From assembly GCA_951406725.2 (NCBI GenBank), contig OX597816.1:12028001-12092000 (forward strand): a DNA stretch of 64,000 nt. Reading direction: 5' to 3'. The notes beneath the pieces are model-generated. The model did not search any database. It saw only the letters and a list, made by a program, of their open reading frames with translations, and had not been told where the DNA came from. Each line of letters opens with the position of its first letter. Position 1 is the first letter of the stretch. Below, in pieces: positions 1-10,993 of the stretch. This DNA comes from Octopus vulgaris (taxonomy: Eukaryota). Both the position numbers and the translations under genes were made by a program.

Positions 1-236
1 GGATTATGGCAGCATTCACCAACTTAAACAAGGAGACCATTGAGAAGAGTTGCAGGAGATTCCAAAGTCGTCTGGAGGCCGTGGTTGAAGCCAATGGCGA
101 TTTTATTAAATAAATTTATTCTTTAGAATTTCAAGATATTTTTATGTAATTTTAGTAAATATATCTGTTAAAATAAGGTGGCAGTGTTATTTTCATTTTT
201 GCATAATTTAGGCGACAGTTTATTTACTGCACCCTG
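1..236 (+). mobile_element. Tc1/mariner-superfamily DNA transposon, 3' end (transposase C-terminus plus right TIR)
   Basis: Frame from nt 3 reads IMAAFTNLNKETIEKSCRRFQSRLEAVVEANGDFIK*, the typical Tc1-like C-terminal RL.AV..A.G motif. The element ends ...TGCACCCTG followed by TA (237-238). Confidence 0.8.
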
Positions 237-249
237 TATAAGTATATAT

Positions 250-462
250 ATATATAAAGTTAATCCAAACAAGAAAGCACAAAAAAACACAACAACGCAA
301 GGACGTGGAACAAATATAGTATTATTGGACGCTCAGGAAAGAAGGAAAGGAGGGTTTAACGTTTCGAGCGGAGCTCTTCGTCGGAAACAGAGGAGAAGGA
401 AAAATCCAGAGAAGGGAAGACAGAGGGAAAAAAATCGCCAACGGTACACACAAGGTCACATT
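250..462 (-). mobile_element. ~210-bp non-coding hammerhead-bearing element (Penelope-like, family H1), copy 1
   Basis: Reverse-complement near-copy of 53503-53712; its 3' end runs into (TA)n at 241-256; contains the hammerhead at 354-388. Confidence 0.75.
354..388 (-). ncRNA. Minimal type-I hammerhead ribozyme motif (U4C core variant)
   Basis: Minus strand reads GUUU-CCGACGA-A-GAGC-UCC-GCUC-GAAAC-GUU-AAAC. Stem I GUUU/AAAC, stem II GAGC/GCUC, stem III is the loop-less palindrome ACGU. Confidence 0.65.
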
Positions 463-640
463 ATTCGTTATTTTCCCTTTTTGCCTACGTAAAAAAGTGT
501 TACTGTCTGGGAGATCTTTATGATAGTAAAAAAAGGCATTTTAACTCCTATTTCTAAATTTGGTGTGAGGTGAAGCAATTTGTTGACACCTGATTATAAT
601 TATATTTATAATTATAGAATATTTGTATATATATATTGTT
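463..640 (+). mobile_element. 3' fragment of Penelope-like non-coding family H2
   Basis: TGTCTGGGAGA...CTATTTCTAAATTTGGTGTGAGGTGAAGCAATTT matches 62215-62289 and the reverse complement of 4060-4150 and 61889-61975; ends in (TA)n. Confidence 0.6.
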
Positions 641-765
641 ATACTTAGGGATTGTCATATTTTGCCAATTATATTTGGTCTTCACTTTGGTTTTCACTTT
701 AGTCTTCACTTCTTTCAGTTTCCATCTACCAAGTATATATACACACAAACACATACACACACACA

Positions 766-1515
766 TTGATGACGATCTCAGTTGGAGTGCACACATCAAC
801 AATAAGGTCGATATAGCTCGTAAGATGAGTTCCTGGATCTTAAGAACTTTCTGGTCCAGAGAACAAGGTGTCATCATACCACTTTTCTCCTCATTTGTAC
901 AGCCACACCTCGAATACTGCTGCCCACTGTGGTCTCCCCATACAAGACAAAACATCTCCAGGATTGAATCACCCCAGAAGGCACTCACTAAACGAATTGA
1001 AGGCATGGCTGCTCTCGATTATTGGGATCGCCTTAAAGCCTTGAAACTCTACCCTCTCCAGCGTTGCCGTGAGCGGTACATCATTTGTATGATGTGGAGA
1101 ATATACTGCCAACTTTGCCCAAACGACCTGAACATTAGCTTCAAGGTTCATCCAAGACTGGGACCACGGGCCATATGTCCCCTGCCCAATTCAAGATCAC
1201 AGCATACATGTACACTGCAACATAATTTCTTTTCCTCAACAGGCCCTGCCCTATTTAACATTGTCCCAGAAGTGATCAAAGAGGAAAAGGATCCCATCAA
1301 CTTTAAACAGAGTCTGGATAGATTCCTTCAAGGAATACCAGATAAGCCACCCATAATTGGATACAACTCACCCACCAAAACCTCACTACTTGAATGGACC
1401 ATAAACAAAACTTGACTTAAACAGGATTCAAATAATCCTATCAGGTGGTGCTATTAAGTTAGACATGGCCTGGACCAATCTTTGGTCAAAACATATCTAA
1501 GTTTATCTAAGTTTA
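766..1515 (+). mobile_element. 5'-truncated CR1/L2-group LINE: ORF2 C-terminal region (stop at 1415), 3' UTR and short repeat tail
   Basis: IDDDLSWSAHIN...WILRTF...FVQPHLEYCCPLWSPH...IESPQKALTKRI...LDYWDRLKALKLYPLQRCRERY is the post-RT region of CR1/L2-type ORF2; tail ATCTAAGTTT x2 near 1494-1515. The first ~43 aa of the tracked 259-aa ORF are unrelated flank. Confidence 0.9.
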
Positions 1516-2494
1516 TATACACGATGGGCTTCTTTCAGTTTCTTTCTACTAAATCCATTCGCAAGGCTTTGGTTAGCCTTGGTTAGTAGAAGACATTTGT
1601 CCAAGGTGCCATGCAGTGGGACTGAACCTGGAACCATGTGGTTGAGAAGCCAGCTTCTTACCACACAGCCACTCCTGTGCTTAAAAATTCTCGAAAGTGG
1701 TGGTGGCCAGCATGGTGGTAGTCTAATGATTGAAACAAGTAAACAAATAAACAAAACCAGGAACCACACAAGAATTTACATATAGTCTATATGAACAATG
1801 AAAGCTAGTGGACAAGGGACGAAGAACAACCAGAGAATACCATGTGTCCAATAAGAAAAAAAACCAGCATGAAAACATTGATAGAATTTTAAATGTGGCC
1901 TTGCTAATGGAAAAGTCGATAAATATATTCTTTTATCAACGCATTTTTTTTCTCTTCTTTTAATGTCCGCAACATTCTGTAATATGTCTGTATACATCCT
2001 GTTTCTTTTGCTTATCAAGAAAATGATTTATTTGTAAAAATCTAGTTGTGTTTATGGTCACTTACATCATATAGTTTTTCACTGTTAATCACGGTGATTT
2101 GTGTGAATAATAAGTCATTACATTAATAGATTTCTGTCAATCGGTAGGAGGTGATGGTAAAAGAAACGGAAAAAAAAAAAAATTTTGATTTATACAGACA
2201 TCAATAAATCTTTTTTATTTCCTTTTTGAGAATTCGTCTTCAATATGCAATCTTAGACTTTCGTTTTCTCTCCGTGTATATATATATATTATATTACAAT
2301 ATATATATATATACATACACATAAACACATACATATATACATGTATACATATATATCTATGAATGTGTATATATATATCTGTATATATATATGTGTATAT
2401 ATGTGTGTGTGTATATATGTATGTAAGTATGCATATAGTGGCTTATCTTAATTCATATATATATAAATTAATATAAGCAGCTACATATATATAT

Positions 2495-2835
2495 CATCAT
2501 CATCATCATCATCATTTAATGTCCGTTTTCCATGCTAGCATGGGTTGGACGGTTCAACCAGGGTCTGGGAAGCCAGGAGGCTGCATCAAGCTCCAATCTG
2601 ATCTGGCAGTATTTCTACAGCTGGATGCCCTTCCTAACACCAACCACTCCGTGAGTGTAGTGGGTGCTTTTTACGTGCCACCGACAGAGGTGCCCGGGGA
2701 AGCTGGCAATGGTCATGATCAGTTGGTATCTTTTATGTGCCACCGGCACAGAAGCCAGTCAAGGCGGTGCTGGCATCGGCCACATTCGGGTGGTGCTTTT
2801 TACATGCCACCGGCACAGGTATCACAACTACAATT
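2495..2835 (-). mobile_element. SINE-like family D (RTE-type tail, (GAT)n end) with 66-bp modules
   Basis: Contains the reverse complement of GGTGGCACGTAAAAAGCACCCACTACACTC..GGAAGGGCATCCAGCTGTAGAAA..AACCCATGCTAGCATGGAAA..(GAT)n. Other copies at about 5930-6135, 6330-6510, 31655-31870, 32145-32320, 41125-41380, 47345-47620, 59690-59945, 61435-61790 and 63890-64000. Confidence 0.8.
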
Positions 2836-3309
2836 TCTATTTAAGCAGCAAATACACACACACACACACACACACACCTATATATATATATATATGTATG
2901 TGTGCAAATATATATATTCGTTTATTCTTTTCAGCCATTTAGCTCCAGCCAGGCTGTGGCCAAGCTGGAGCATCACCATGTTTTTTCACTTTTACATATC
3001 ATTCTTCATTATCTGGTTTCTTCAGAGTGGTGGGTCATTCATAACACATGTGCTTTTCTCTTGGTTGTTGGCTCATTTAGTGTATGCGGATGTTTGACAC
3101 CAACTACATATACTGACATACATATACAAACATACATGCATATAATTACACACACACACACGCACACATATATATTAGGGTGAGCTTTCAGTTTCCATCT
3201 ACCAAACCGAGTCCACTTATAAAGTTTTGGTCAAGCAAGGATTAGAGTAGTAATCATTTATTCAAAGTGCTGTGCAGTGTGATTCAATATGGATGAGAAA
3301 TAAGGTATA

Positions 3310-3706
3310 CACAGGCATGGCTGTGTAGTAAGTAGCATGCTTAACAACCACATGGTTCCAGGTTCAGTCCCACTGAGTGGCACCTTGGGCAAGTGTTTTC
3401 TACTATAACCTTGGGCCAACCAAAGCCTTGTGAGTGGATTTGGTAGACGGAAAGTGAAAGAAGCTTGTTGTATATATATGTATATATATGTATATATTTG
3501 TGTGTTTGTGTTTGCCTCCCACCATCGCTTGACAACTGAAGTTTGGTGTATTTATGTCCCTATAACTAAGCAGTTTGGCAAAGGCGACTGATAGACTAAG
3601 TACTAGATGTACAAAGAATAAGTCCTGGGGTTGATTTGTTCAACTGAAAGGTAATGCTCCAGCATGGTCACAGTCAAATTACTGAAACAATTAAAAGAAT
3701 AAAAGA

Positions 3707-3710
<4 letters not shown>
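3310..3710 (+). mobile_element. tRNA-derived SINE family A (internal microsatellite, AAAGAGT-type tail)
   Basis: A-box-like TGGCTGTGTAGTAAG and B-box-like GGTTCAGTCCC; body CCTTGGGCAAGTGT..GGATTTGGTAGACGGAAA; tail GCTCCAGCATGGTCACAGTCAAAT. Many further partial copies, e.g. 1515-1680(-), 20240-20400, 33277-33420, 45665-45802(-), 49120-49280, 49735-49940, 53320-53460 and 61273-61430. Confidence 0.85.
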
Positions 3711-3742
<32 letters not shown>

Positions 3743-4029
3743 TCATATTTGCTCACTTTATAGAGTGTTTGAGTGTCGGTTTGGAGTCTGGAATGGGAGA
3801 AGGAAATCTCCGAAATAAAACTTGAGGCCTTGGATGTTCCTGGTTTTGTCACTTTTCACGTCACAATGGAGCCAATAGGTGGGGGTAGTGCAGTGCAAGC
3901 TACACCCACTGAAAATTATTTATCTGCACAGGTACTTCCTGTACTCCGAATCTTAGTAAAATCATTGAATTGGTTGGTTGGCAGAAACCTAAAAATGCAC
4001 TTGTAGCTGCTTATACATATAAATATATA

Positions 4030-4520
4030 TATATTTATAAAAATAGGGTAAAGTAAAATAATTTACTTTACCGCACACCGAGCTTTTTAGAAATAGCAGC
4101 CAAAAATTTGGCTATTTCTTCAACTGCAAGAAAAAGTCTCCCAGACAATGCATACTCAGAAATAACTCACATAGGTATAAGGGAAAAACAACGAAAGATC
4201 ACATCCATATAAGATACCCGAGGACAGCCTGTTTCTGGATTCGTGGGTTAAACGCCAACATTTCCTTCATCAGCTCAGAGATTTCTTCTGATTTGGATTT
4301 GAAAGTACTAAGAATCAAACATACCCGTCCGATATATGTAACACCGGACAAACCATGCCAGACCACCAGTACTAGCGAATCCAAAAATACAAATGAGATC
4401 TAGTATTCTCCCTGTCCGCCCACGTGAGTCACAGAGTAGTACATTCCTACAGAGGCAAAACTGTAGTTCAAATTCTTGGGGAGAAAGCATTATATTGTCA
4501 ATAAAAAAGGGTAGAATTAT
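4030..4520 (-). mobile_element. Penelope-like non-coding family H2 copy with hammerhead, between (TA)n tracts
   Basis: TTAGAAATAGCAGCCAAAA..TCTCCCAGACAA..AACTCACATAGGTA..GGGAAAAACAACGAA is collinear with 61890-62130; hammerhead at 4218-4278. Confidence 0.65.
4218..4278 (-). ncRNA. Type-I hammerhead ribozyme motif
   Basis: Minus strand reads CUGAG-CUGAUGA-AGGA..UCCA-GAAAC-AGGCU-GUC-CUCGG. Intact CUGAUGA/GAAA core, GUC cleavage triplet, stem I CUGAG/CUCGG, stem III ACAG-G-CUGU. Confidence 0.75.
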
Positions 4521-4595
4521 ATATATATATATATATAGATAGATAGATAGATAGATAGAGAGAGAGTGTCTGAATTGGTGTACAGATATTTATGT

Positions 4596-4788
4596 TGAGA
4601 AAAAGGAGGCAGTCAGAATTTTGGATGATCCTTTATTAGCACTTTCAATCATTTATGAACTCGTCAAGACAAAATCAAAATCAAAATGTTGGTTTCATTT
4701 TAATTTTGATTTTATCTTGACGAGTTCGTAAATGATTGAAAGTGCTAATAAAGGATCATCCGAAATTCTGACTGCCTCCTTTTTCTCG
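4596..4788. repeat. Long fold-back inverted repeat (~92-bp arms, ~8-nt loop)
   Basis: TGAGAAAAAGGAGGCAGTCAGAATTTTGGATGATCC...ATCAAAATG pairs with CATTTTAATTTTGAT...GGATCATCCGAAATTCTGACTGCCTCCTTTTTCTCG with few mismatches. Confidence 0.95.
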
Positions 4789-4795
4789 ATAAGTG

Positions 4796-4840
<45 letters not shown>

Positions 4841-4841
<1 letters not shown>

Positions 4842-5103
4842 TATATAAATTTAAAATGAGGGTGAAAAATTGGATATTAATTTAATTAACATCAATTTCA
4901 CACCAGTGGTGTAGCATATTAAAATCTGAAGGTTCAGTAAATTGTATTATATACATATGAGAGAGATGACCACTATGTGGACAACCCTTATGCTAGAAGT
5001 AGATCCACTATGGTATTACTACTAAGAAATGTTTTCTTAGTGGTAAGACCATAGCGGATCTACTTTTAGCATAAGGGTCATCGACATAGTGGTCATCCGT
5101 CTC

Positions 5104-5112
<9 letters not shown>
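4841..5112. mobile_element. TA-flanked fold-back element family H3, copy 1 (hairpin 4951-5111)
   Basis: AAAATGAGGGTGAAAAATTGGATATTAATTT..ACACCAGTGGT..GGTTCAGTAAAT..CCACTATGTGG..TATGCTAGAAG followed by its own reverse complement; homologous to 62350-62646. Confidence 0.85.
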
Positions 5113-5138
<26 letters not shown>

Positions 5139-5142
<4 letters not shown>

Positions 5143-5649
5143 GTGATTGAAAATGTACTCCCTATTTTAAAATACTTATAAATTATTTATTAATTGTAAT
5201 TTTTTTCTCAAATTTTTTGTCTTTCTTTTTTGAATATGGGAATTTATTCTTTAATTGTATTGCCCACTTTCCCAGGTGATGGATGGGTCGTTGCTGTCTG
5301 TGTCTGAGTGGCCAACCAGCAGTCCCCACTTAACACCCTCTGACTTCTTTCTTTGGGGTTAGCTAAAGGAACGAGTCTACTGTACCAAACCAAGGAATTT
5401 GGAAGAACTTGAAGACCGAATATAAGAAGTTGTGTCTTCTTTTATCCCACTAGAGTTCCTAGTGAAATTCATTGATGTAATTTCCAGGTGACTCAAGAAG
5501 CTGGTGGTGACACCTGGAGCCCAAATCAAATCCTAAATAAAATCTCATACTGAAAGATTTCCTCTCATATCTTTTTTTTTTGTAAAAATTACAATTAATG
5601 AATAATTTATAAGTATTTTAAAATAGGGAGTTACTTTCCAATCACTCTG
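5139..5649 (+). mobile_element. Internally deleted Tc1/mariner-superfamily element with ~65-bp TIRs and TA target duplication
   Basis: TA|CAGAGTGATTG..CTCCCTATTTTAAAATACTTATAAATTATT ... AATAATTTATAAGTATTTTAAAATAGGGAG..CAATCACTCTG|TA. Internal remnant WPTSSPHLTPSDFFLWG*LKERVYCTKPRNLEELEDRI matches the WPxxSPDLxPxDFFLWG catalytic motif. Confidence 0.9.
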
Positions 5650-6504
5650 TAGATATGCAACATTCCTCAACATTCCTCCAGCTGAGTGTTTCCAATCTTG
5701 TGGGCTGTTGTTGATGTTGTTGTTAAGCAACAAGACGGATAAGGGTGATTAGGTGATGGTCTAGGGCTTAGAGACAGGAGACCCCAGACCTTGGAAAAAA
5801 AAAAAAAAACTTTGGTCATCTGGTTGTAGTCGAGGGCTCTTTGTCAATGCCTGACACCACTGGGAGGTGGCTCTCGAAGTCGCTGGAAATAGAAATCTTC
5901 AGGCCCAAAATCTTGGACGGCATCTAGCGGGCTTGTGGATGCTGGTGCCACATAAAAGCACCCATCCTGGTGCTGCGTAAATGCATTCATTACACTCATT
6001 AAGGTGCTTAGCATTAGGGAGGGCATCCTACCTTAGAGACCATGCTGAAACAGACATGAAACCTGGGCAGCTCTCTAGCTGGTCAGCTCCTCTCAAAACG
6101 TCCAACTTGTGCATGGGAAACGGATGTTAAATGATGATGATGATGGCGGTGGTGGTGGTGGTGGTTGTGGTGCTCGTGGTGATGGTGGTGGTGATGATGA
6201 TGATGATGTGTGTACCTTTCTACAGCCAGACACCTATCGCTATCCCTCTTTACCTTTAATTCTCTCATCAAGTGGCACAAAGCCATCTCTACCCTCCCCA
6301 GTTCCACTCCCAGCTGAGAGGCTTTTTTGTCTTTCAACTTGCTTGGTGACTCTGTCGGTGTTGGTGCCAAGTACAAAGCACCAAATACCCTCAGTAAAGT
6401 GGTTGGCACTAGGGAGGGTATCCAACTGTAGAAACCCTGCCAAAAAAAGACTCTGGAACCTGGTGTGGCTTCTATTGCTACCAGCTCCTGTCAAATGGAC
6501 ATTA

Positions 6505-6720
6505 AGTGATGATGATGATGATGATGACCATGACGATGATGATGGTGAGGACAATGATAATGATGATGATGATGACGATGACGATGATGATGATGCTGAT
6601 GATGGTGATGACAATGACAATGATGGCAACAATGATGATGATGATGACAATGATGATGATGATGATGATGACGACGACGACGACGATGATGATGACGATG
6701 ATGACGATGATGACGATATT
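6505..6720. repeat. Degenerate (GAT/GAC)n microsatellite
   Basis: Direct inspection; source of the poly-D/H/I/M/S ORFs. Confidence 0.95.
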
Positions 6721-7135
6721 TGTGGGTGTACACCCACGTGCACATACCCCCCCCCACATACACCCACACACATGTATACATTTATACAATGGCATTAACA
6801 GTAAGTCCAAGAATTTCCGATAATGTATTTTACTATCATATTTTCTACCAAAACAGCATTATATGTATGTTTCTTGTTTTTTTTTTTTTCTTAGCAGTTT
6901 CGTTTCCATTATTTGAGAAATATATATTATCTTGCATGTCATCTTCTGTTTTACAGTAATTTTTCAAAGTTGTATCGAGATAAACAAGAAAAAAAAAAAA
7001 CTAAAAGAACCGAGAAAAGAAAAAAAAAGAAAAAGAAATTGAAATACCTTTATAAAGGGTTTATGAATCTGCATGAGAAATCTGGAATATATCTTTTCTG
7101 CATTTCTGCTATGAATTATAACAATGTGTTGTCAG

Positions 7136-7166
<31 letters not shown>

Positions 7167-7276
7167 GTCACCATCGCCATCATCATCAACTTCTGTTATT
7201 ATTATTTTTTTGTATCATAGCGATATTTTGAACTATTTCTTCATGTACGCAGGCTGATGTTCTCCAGGCAAATTTT

Positions 7277-7323
<47 letters not shown>

Positions 7324-7729
7324 TATATATACATACATATATATGTATGTGTGTATATATATGTATATATATGTGTATATTTATATATATATGTGTATGT
7401 ATACATATATGTATATATGTACATATATATATATATATGTATGTATATACATGTATATATATGTGTGTGTGTATGTGTGTATATATATATATGTTTGTAT
7501 GTGTGTGTATATATATATATATATATGTATATGTTTACCATTTTTTCTTTGGTAAGGAAACAGCTTTCTAAATTGATTTCAGGCAAAAGTATTGAGATGG
7601 CTTTACACTTAAAGACAGCAGATAGAAGATCGTAGCAGTCACCCTTTTTCCTTTATATTCTGTTGCTCTTTTCCTTTGCAATGATTCCATACTATATGTT
7701 TGTTGTTGCTGTTATTGTTATCATTATTG

Positions 7730-8205
7730 GGTGAAGGTGGCAAGTGGGCAGAATCATTGGCGTGCCAGACGAAATGCTTAGTAGTATTTCGCCTGTCGCT
7801 ACATTCTGAGTTCAAATTCTATGAAGGTCGACTTTGCCTTTCATCCTTTCAGAGTCGATAAATTAAGTACCAGTTATGCACTGGGGTTGATGTAATCAAC
7901 TAGTTTCCCCCTCCCCCAAAGTTTCAGGCCTTGTGCTTATAATAGAAAGGATTATTATTATTGTTATTATTATTATTATTATTGAGACAGTGAGCTAGCA
8001 GAATCATTAAAATGTTGGATAAAATGCTTAGCGGTATTTCGTCTGTTGCTACATTCTGAGTTCTAATTCTGCTGAGGCCAACTTTGCCTTTCATCCTTTC
8101 TGAGTCAATAAATTAAGTACCAGTGAAACACTGGGGTCAATGTAATCGACTAGTTTCCCCCTCCCCCAAAGTTTCAGGCCTTGTGGTTATAGTAGAACGG
8201 ATTGT
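7730..8205 (+). mobile_element. Two tandem copies of tRNA-derived SINE family B, tail type 1, separated by (ATT)n
   Basis: GGTGGCAAGTGGGCAGAATC..TTCTGAGTTCAAATTC..GTCGACTTTGCCTTTCATCCTTTC..GATAAATTAAGTACCAG..CCCCCAAAGTTTCAGGCCTTGTG occurs twice. Related copies at 21685-22060, 29065-29260, 30280-30470, 30560-30785 and 50440-50615. Confidence 0.85.
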
Positions 8206-8747
8206 TATTATTGGGTGAGAGAACAGTGTATGCGGTCAAAGTGTCACAGGGGTACAAATATATGAAGCCAAATATACCCATCATGAGTACCCATCTGATA
8301 AGGGTACACCAAGCAAACGCATCATCACAACCATATATTTCAAAAGGTTTCACTGTTGTTGCAGTCAGGTCAAGAATCTCATTACAGACAGAGGAGAATT
8401 GCTATTGGTTACCATGTAAACTAGTGCTGCCTGTTTCATAGCCTAGTGGTCAGCAAACTAAACTCGAACCCTCATTGGAGTAGCATGCAACTCTAATCGG
8501 GTGGGTGTCTGGGCATGCAAAAAGGACTAAAAACAAGGCCTATTGAAGGATAGATGAGTTTCTTGTGGGCCAATGGCCACCCTGTTGGGAAAGGCAATGG
8601 CAAAGAAGCCCATTGTCCTTACCAAGAAAACATTATGAGAAAGTCAGAATAAATTAATTCGACGGAGGAACTATGCTTAATTCCGAAGGTTTTCATTGTA
8701 ATGTTATCAATGCACTGCAAAAACATGTAACTTACAAAGCAATAAGG

Positions 8748-9085
8748 GAAGACACATGGCTCAGTGGTTAGAGCAATGAGTTTCTGATCGTGAGGTTGTG
8801 AGTTCAATTCCCGGACCAGGCTGCATGTTGTGTTCTCGAGCAAGACACTTTATTTCATGTTGCTCCAGTTCACTCAGCTGTAGAAATGAGTTGTGATGTC
8901 ACTGGTGCCAAGCTGTATTGGCCCCTTTTGCCTTTCCTTTGGATAACATCAGTGGTGTGGAGAGGGAAGGCTGCTATGCATGGGTAACTGCTTTGCCTTC
9001 CATAAACAACTTTGCCCAGACTTGTGCTTCAGAGGGTAACTTTCTAGGTGCAATCCCATGGTCATTCAGGACTGAAGGGGGTCTC
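8748..9085 (+). mobile_element. tRNA-derived SINE family C (CORE-like body)
   Basis: TGGCTCAGTGGTTAGAGC (A box), GAGTTCAATTCCC (B box), GTGTTCTCGAGCAAGACACTTTATTTC..CCAGTTCACTCAGCTG. Relatives at 34400-34550(-), 36632-36885, 44420-44540(-), 45240-45460 and 53758-54080. Confidence 0.8.
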
Positions 9086-9262
9086 AGATACGGCAATGAA
9101 AACACCAATGTAAACATGAGATAATTATCAAGACTATGACAGAATAATTACTAAAAAAATCATTATTTGCAAACAACAACTAATTAAATGACAAAGACAC
9201 TTTTTAAGACAACGAGTTTTACAACATTAGCTGTTAATATATATACCTATATAAACTGTATT

Positions 9263-9307
<45 letters not shown>

Positions 9308-9543
9308 GTATATTTGTATGTATGTATGTATATTCATGATTTGTATCCCTTTCTTGGGAATATATGTGTTGCTGCTTACAGGTTTTCAGTATGTCATCCA
9401 CTGTTTGACAGCCACAGTGAGAAGGGAGAGTCATCCATAATTTGATGTTTGTCAAGGGATTCAATTCCTGAACTGCTTATTTTTGTTTTTTTCTTACTGT
9501 TCTGAAACTTCTCTGATATTCCTTAGCAAAATGCAAGTACACA

Positions 9544-9607
<64 letters not shown>

Positions 9608-9690
9608 TGTATGTATGTGTTGTGTGTGTGTGCATATAAATGTCTGTGTGTATATGTGTATATGTATGTATTAGCAACTACAAGTACAAC

Positions 9691-9727
<37 letters not shown>

Positions 9728-10168
9728 TTGTGTGTGGGGGTGTATATACATACATATCTGTGTGTGTGTGTGTGTGTGTGTGAGTGTGTGTATTTATATT
9801 TTGTGCTCCTCTTACCTGTACAGATGACAGTTTTAGACTTCAGTTTTTTCCTGTTAGAAACAAGATTTTATTGATAATGAAAAGGTATTTTCAAAATAGA
9901 ATCTGAAAGTCTGTTTATATATTCTGACATCTATCAATTTATGTTTGTAAAATATTACCCCAGAGACACCTTTGACCCCATTGCTTCCCCCAACTTTCTG
10001 TATCCGAGATGATTTGGGATGCATATGCAAAATTTGTTGAAGATTTGTTGAGAAACTTTGATGTTTCGACACATACAAACAAAACATTGATTCTCATAGA
10101 TTTAGATATATTTATATGTATATAGACATGTGTGTGGACATATATATGTATATATATATGTGTGTGTT

Positions 10169-10243
<75 letters not shown>

Positions 10244-10629
10244 ATGTATGTATGTATGTATGTTTGTGTGTATATTACCACATTGTTAATATGCTCTTTT
10301 CTTTGCTTCTGTCAGATGAAATTTCCTGACGATGATAAACTATGGGCAGATGCCCTTCCTTTCACCAAACCTCACCTGTATACAAGTAAAGAAATATTTC
10401 TCCAAGTCCTTCATGAATAGGACAATGACCGGACTGCTACTATTGCTGCTGCTGCTGCTGCTGCTGCTGCCCCATTTTCTGTTGTTGCAGCTCAACATCT
10501 TTCTTTTAGTAATACAGTTCTTGCCATTTGTTCATCTTCTCCTGATAATATCTGACATTTATATATAAAGAAGATATAATAGATAATATATATCTAATTT
10601 AATAATTCTTCTAGAAGCAACAGCAGTTG

Positions 10630-10900
10630 CATTTCACCAGGCACCCTCCAAGAAGCTCTGTTCCTTGTTTGATTTAGCAGATCTTCAATTTCATGCCGTG
10701 TGTCTCTGTTAATGATATCAAAGTAGCTGAGCTTGTTTCTGGTCCTTTTTAAAGATGATTGGTAGACTGTAAACAAATGACACCAGTTGTATAATGGTAA
10801 CAACTTGTGTTTGTAAATTATTGCCCCGAAGACAGTTTTGATTCCATTCTTTCTTTTTCTGGGATGATTTTTAGATACGCAGATGAAATTCTTGACCTGA
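10630..10900 (-). mobile_element. Decayed RTE-clade LINE 3' end
   Basis: Minus ORF ends ..KRTRNKLSYFDIINRDTRHEIEDLLNQTRNRASWR, resembling the RTE C-terminal R.RGRP..TY.D.I..DTG....L...M.DR..WR motif. Confidence 0.5.
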
Positions 10901-10951
10901 CTACAACAATAGTGAAACTTTAAGAAATTTAATACATTCTTATCTCTCTCT

Positions 10952-10993
<42 letters not shown>

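Noticed and set aside
3773-4006. 77-aa ORF in non-repetitive sequence
   Set aside because: GTG start, no recognisable domain and no convincing splice sites.
4715-4770. TTGACGA..CGAAA hammerhead in the 4.6-kb palindrome
   Set aside because: Both arms have TTGACGA rather than CTGACGA, and there is no NUH or stem I closure.
6083-6823. Poly-H/D/S/M/I ORFs (also 14.1-14.7, 29.8-30.6, 41.9-43.0 and 63.3-63.7 kb)
   Set aside because: Trinucleotide microsatellites are open in several frames; there is no domain content or splice context.
7257-7635. YI/CV/HT-rich ORFs throughout the window
   Set aside because: Translations of (TA)n/(CA)n dinucleotide repeats.
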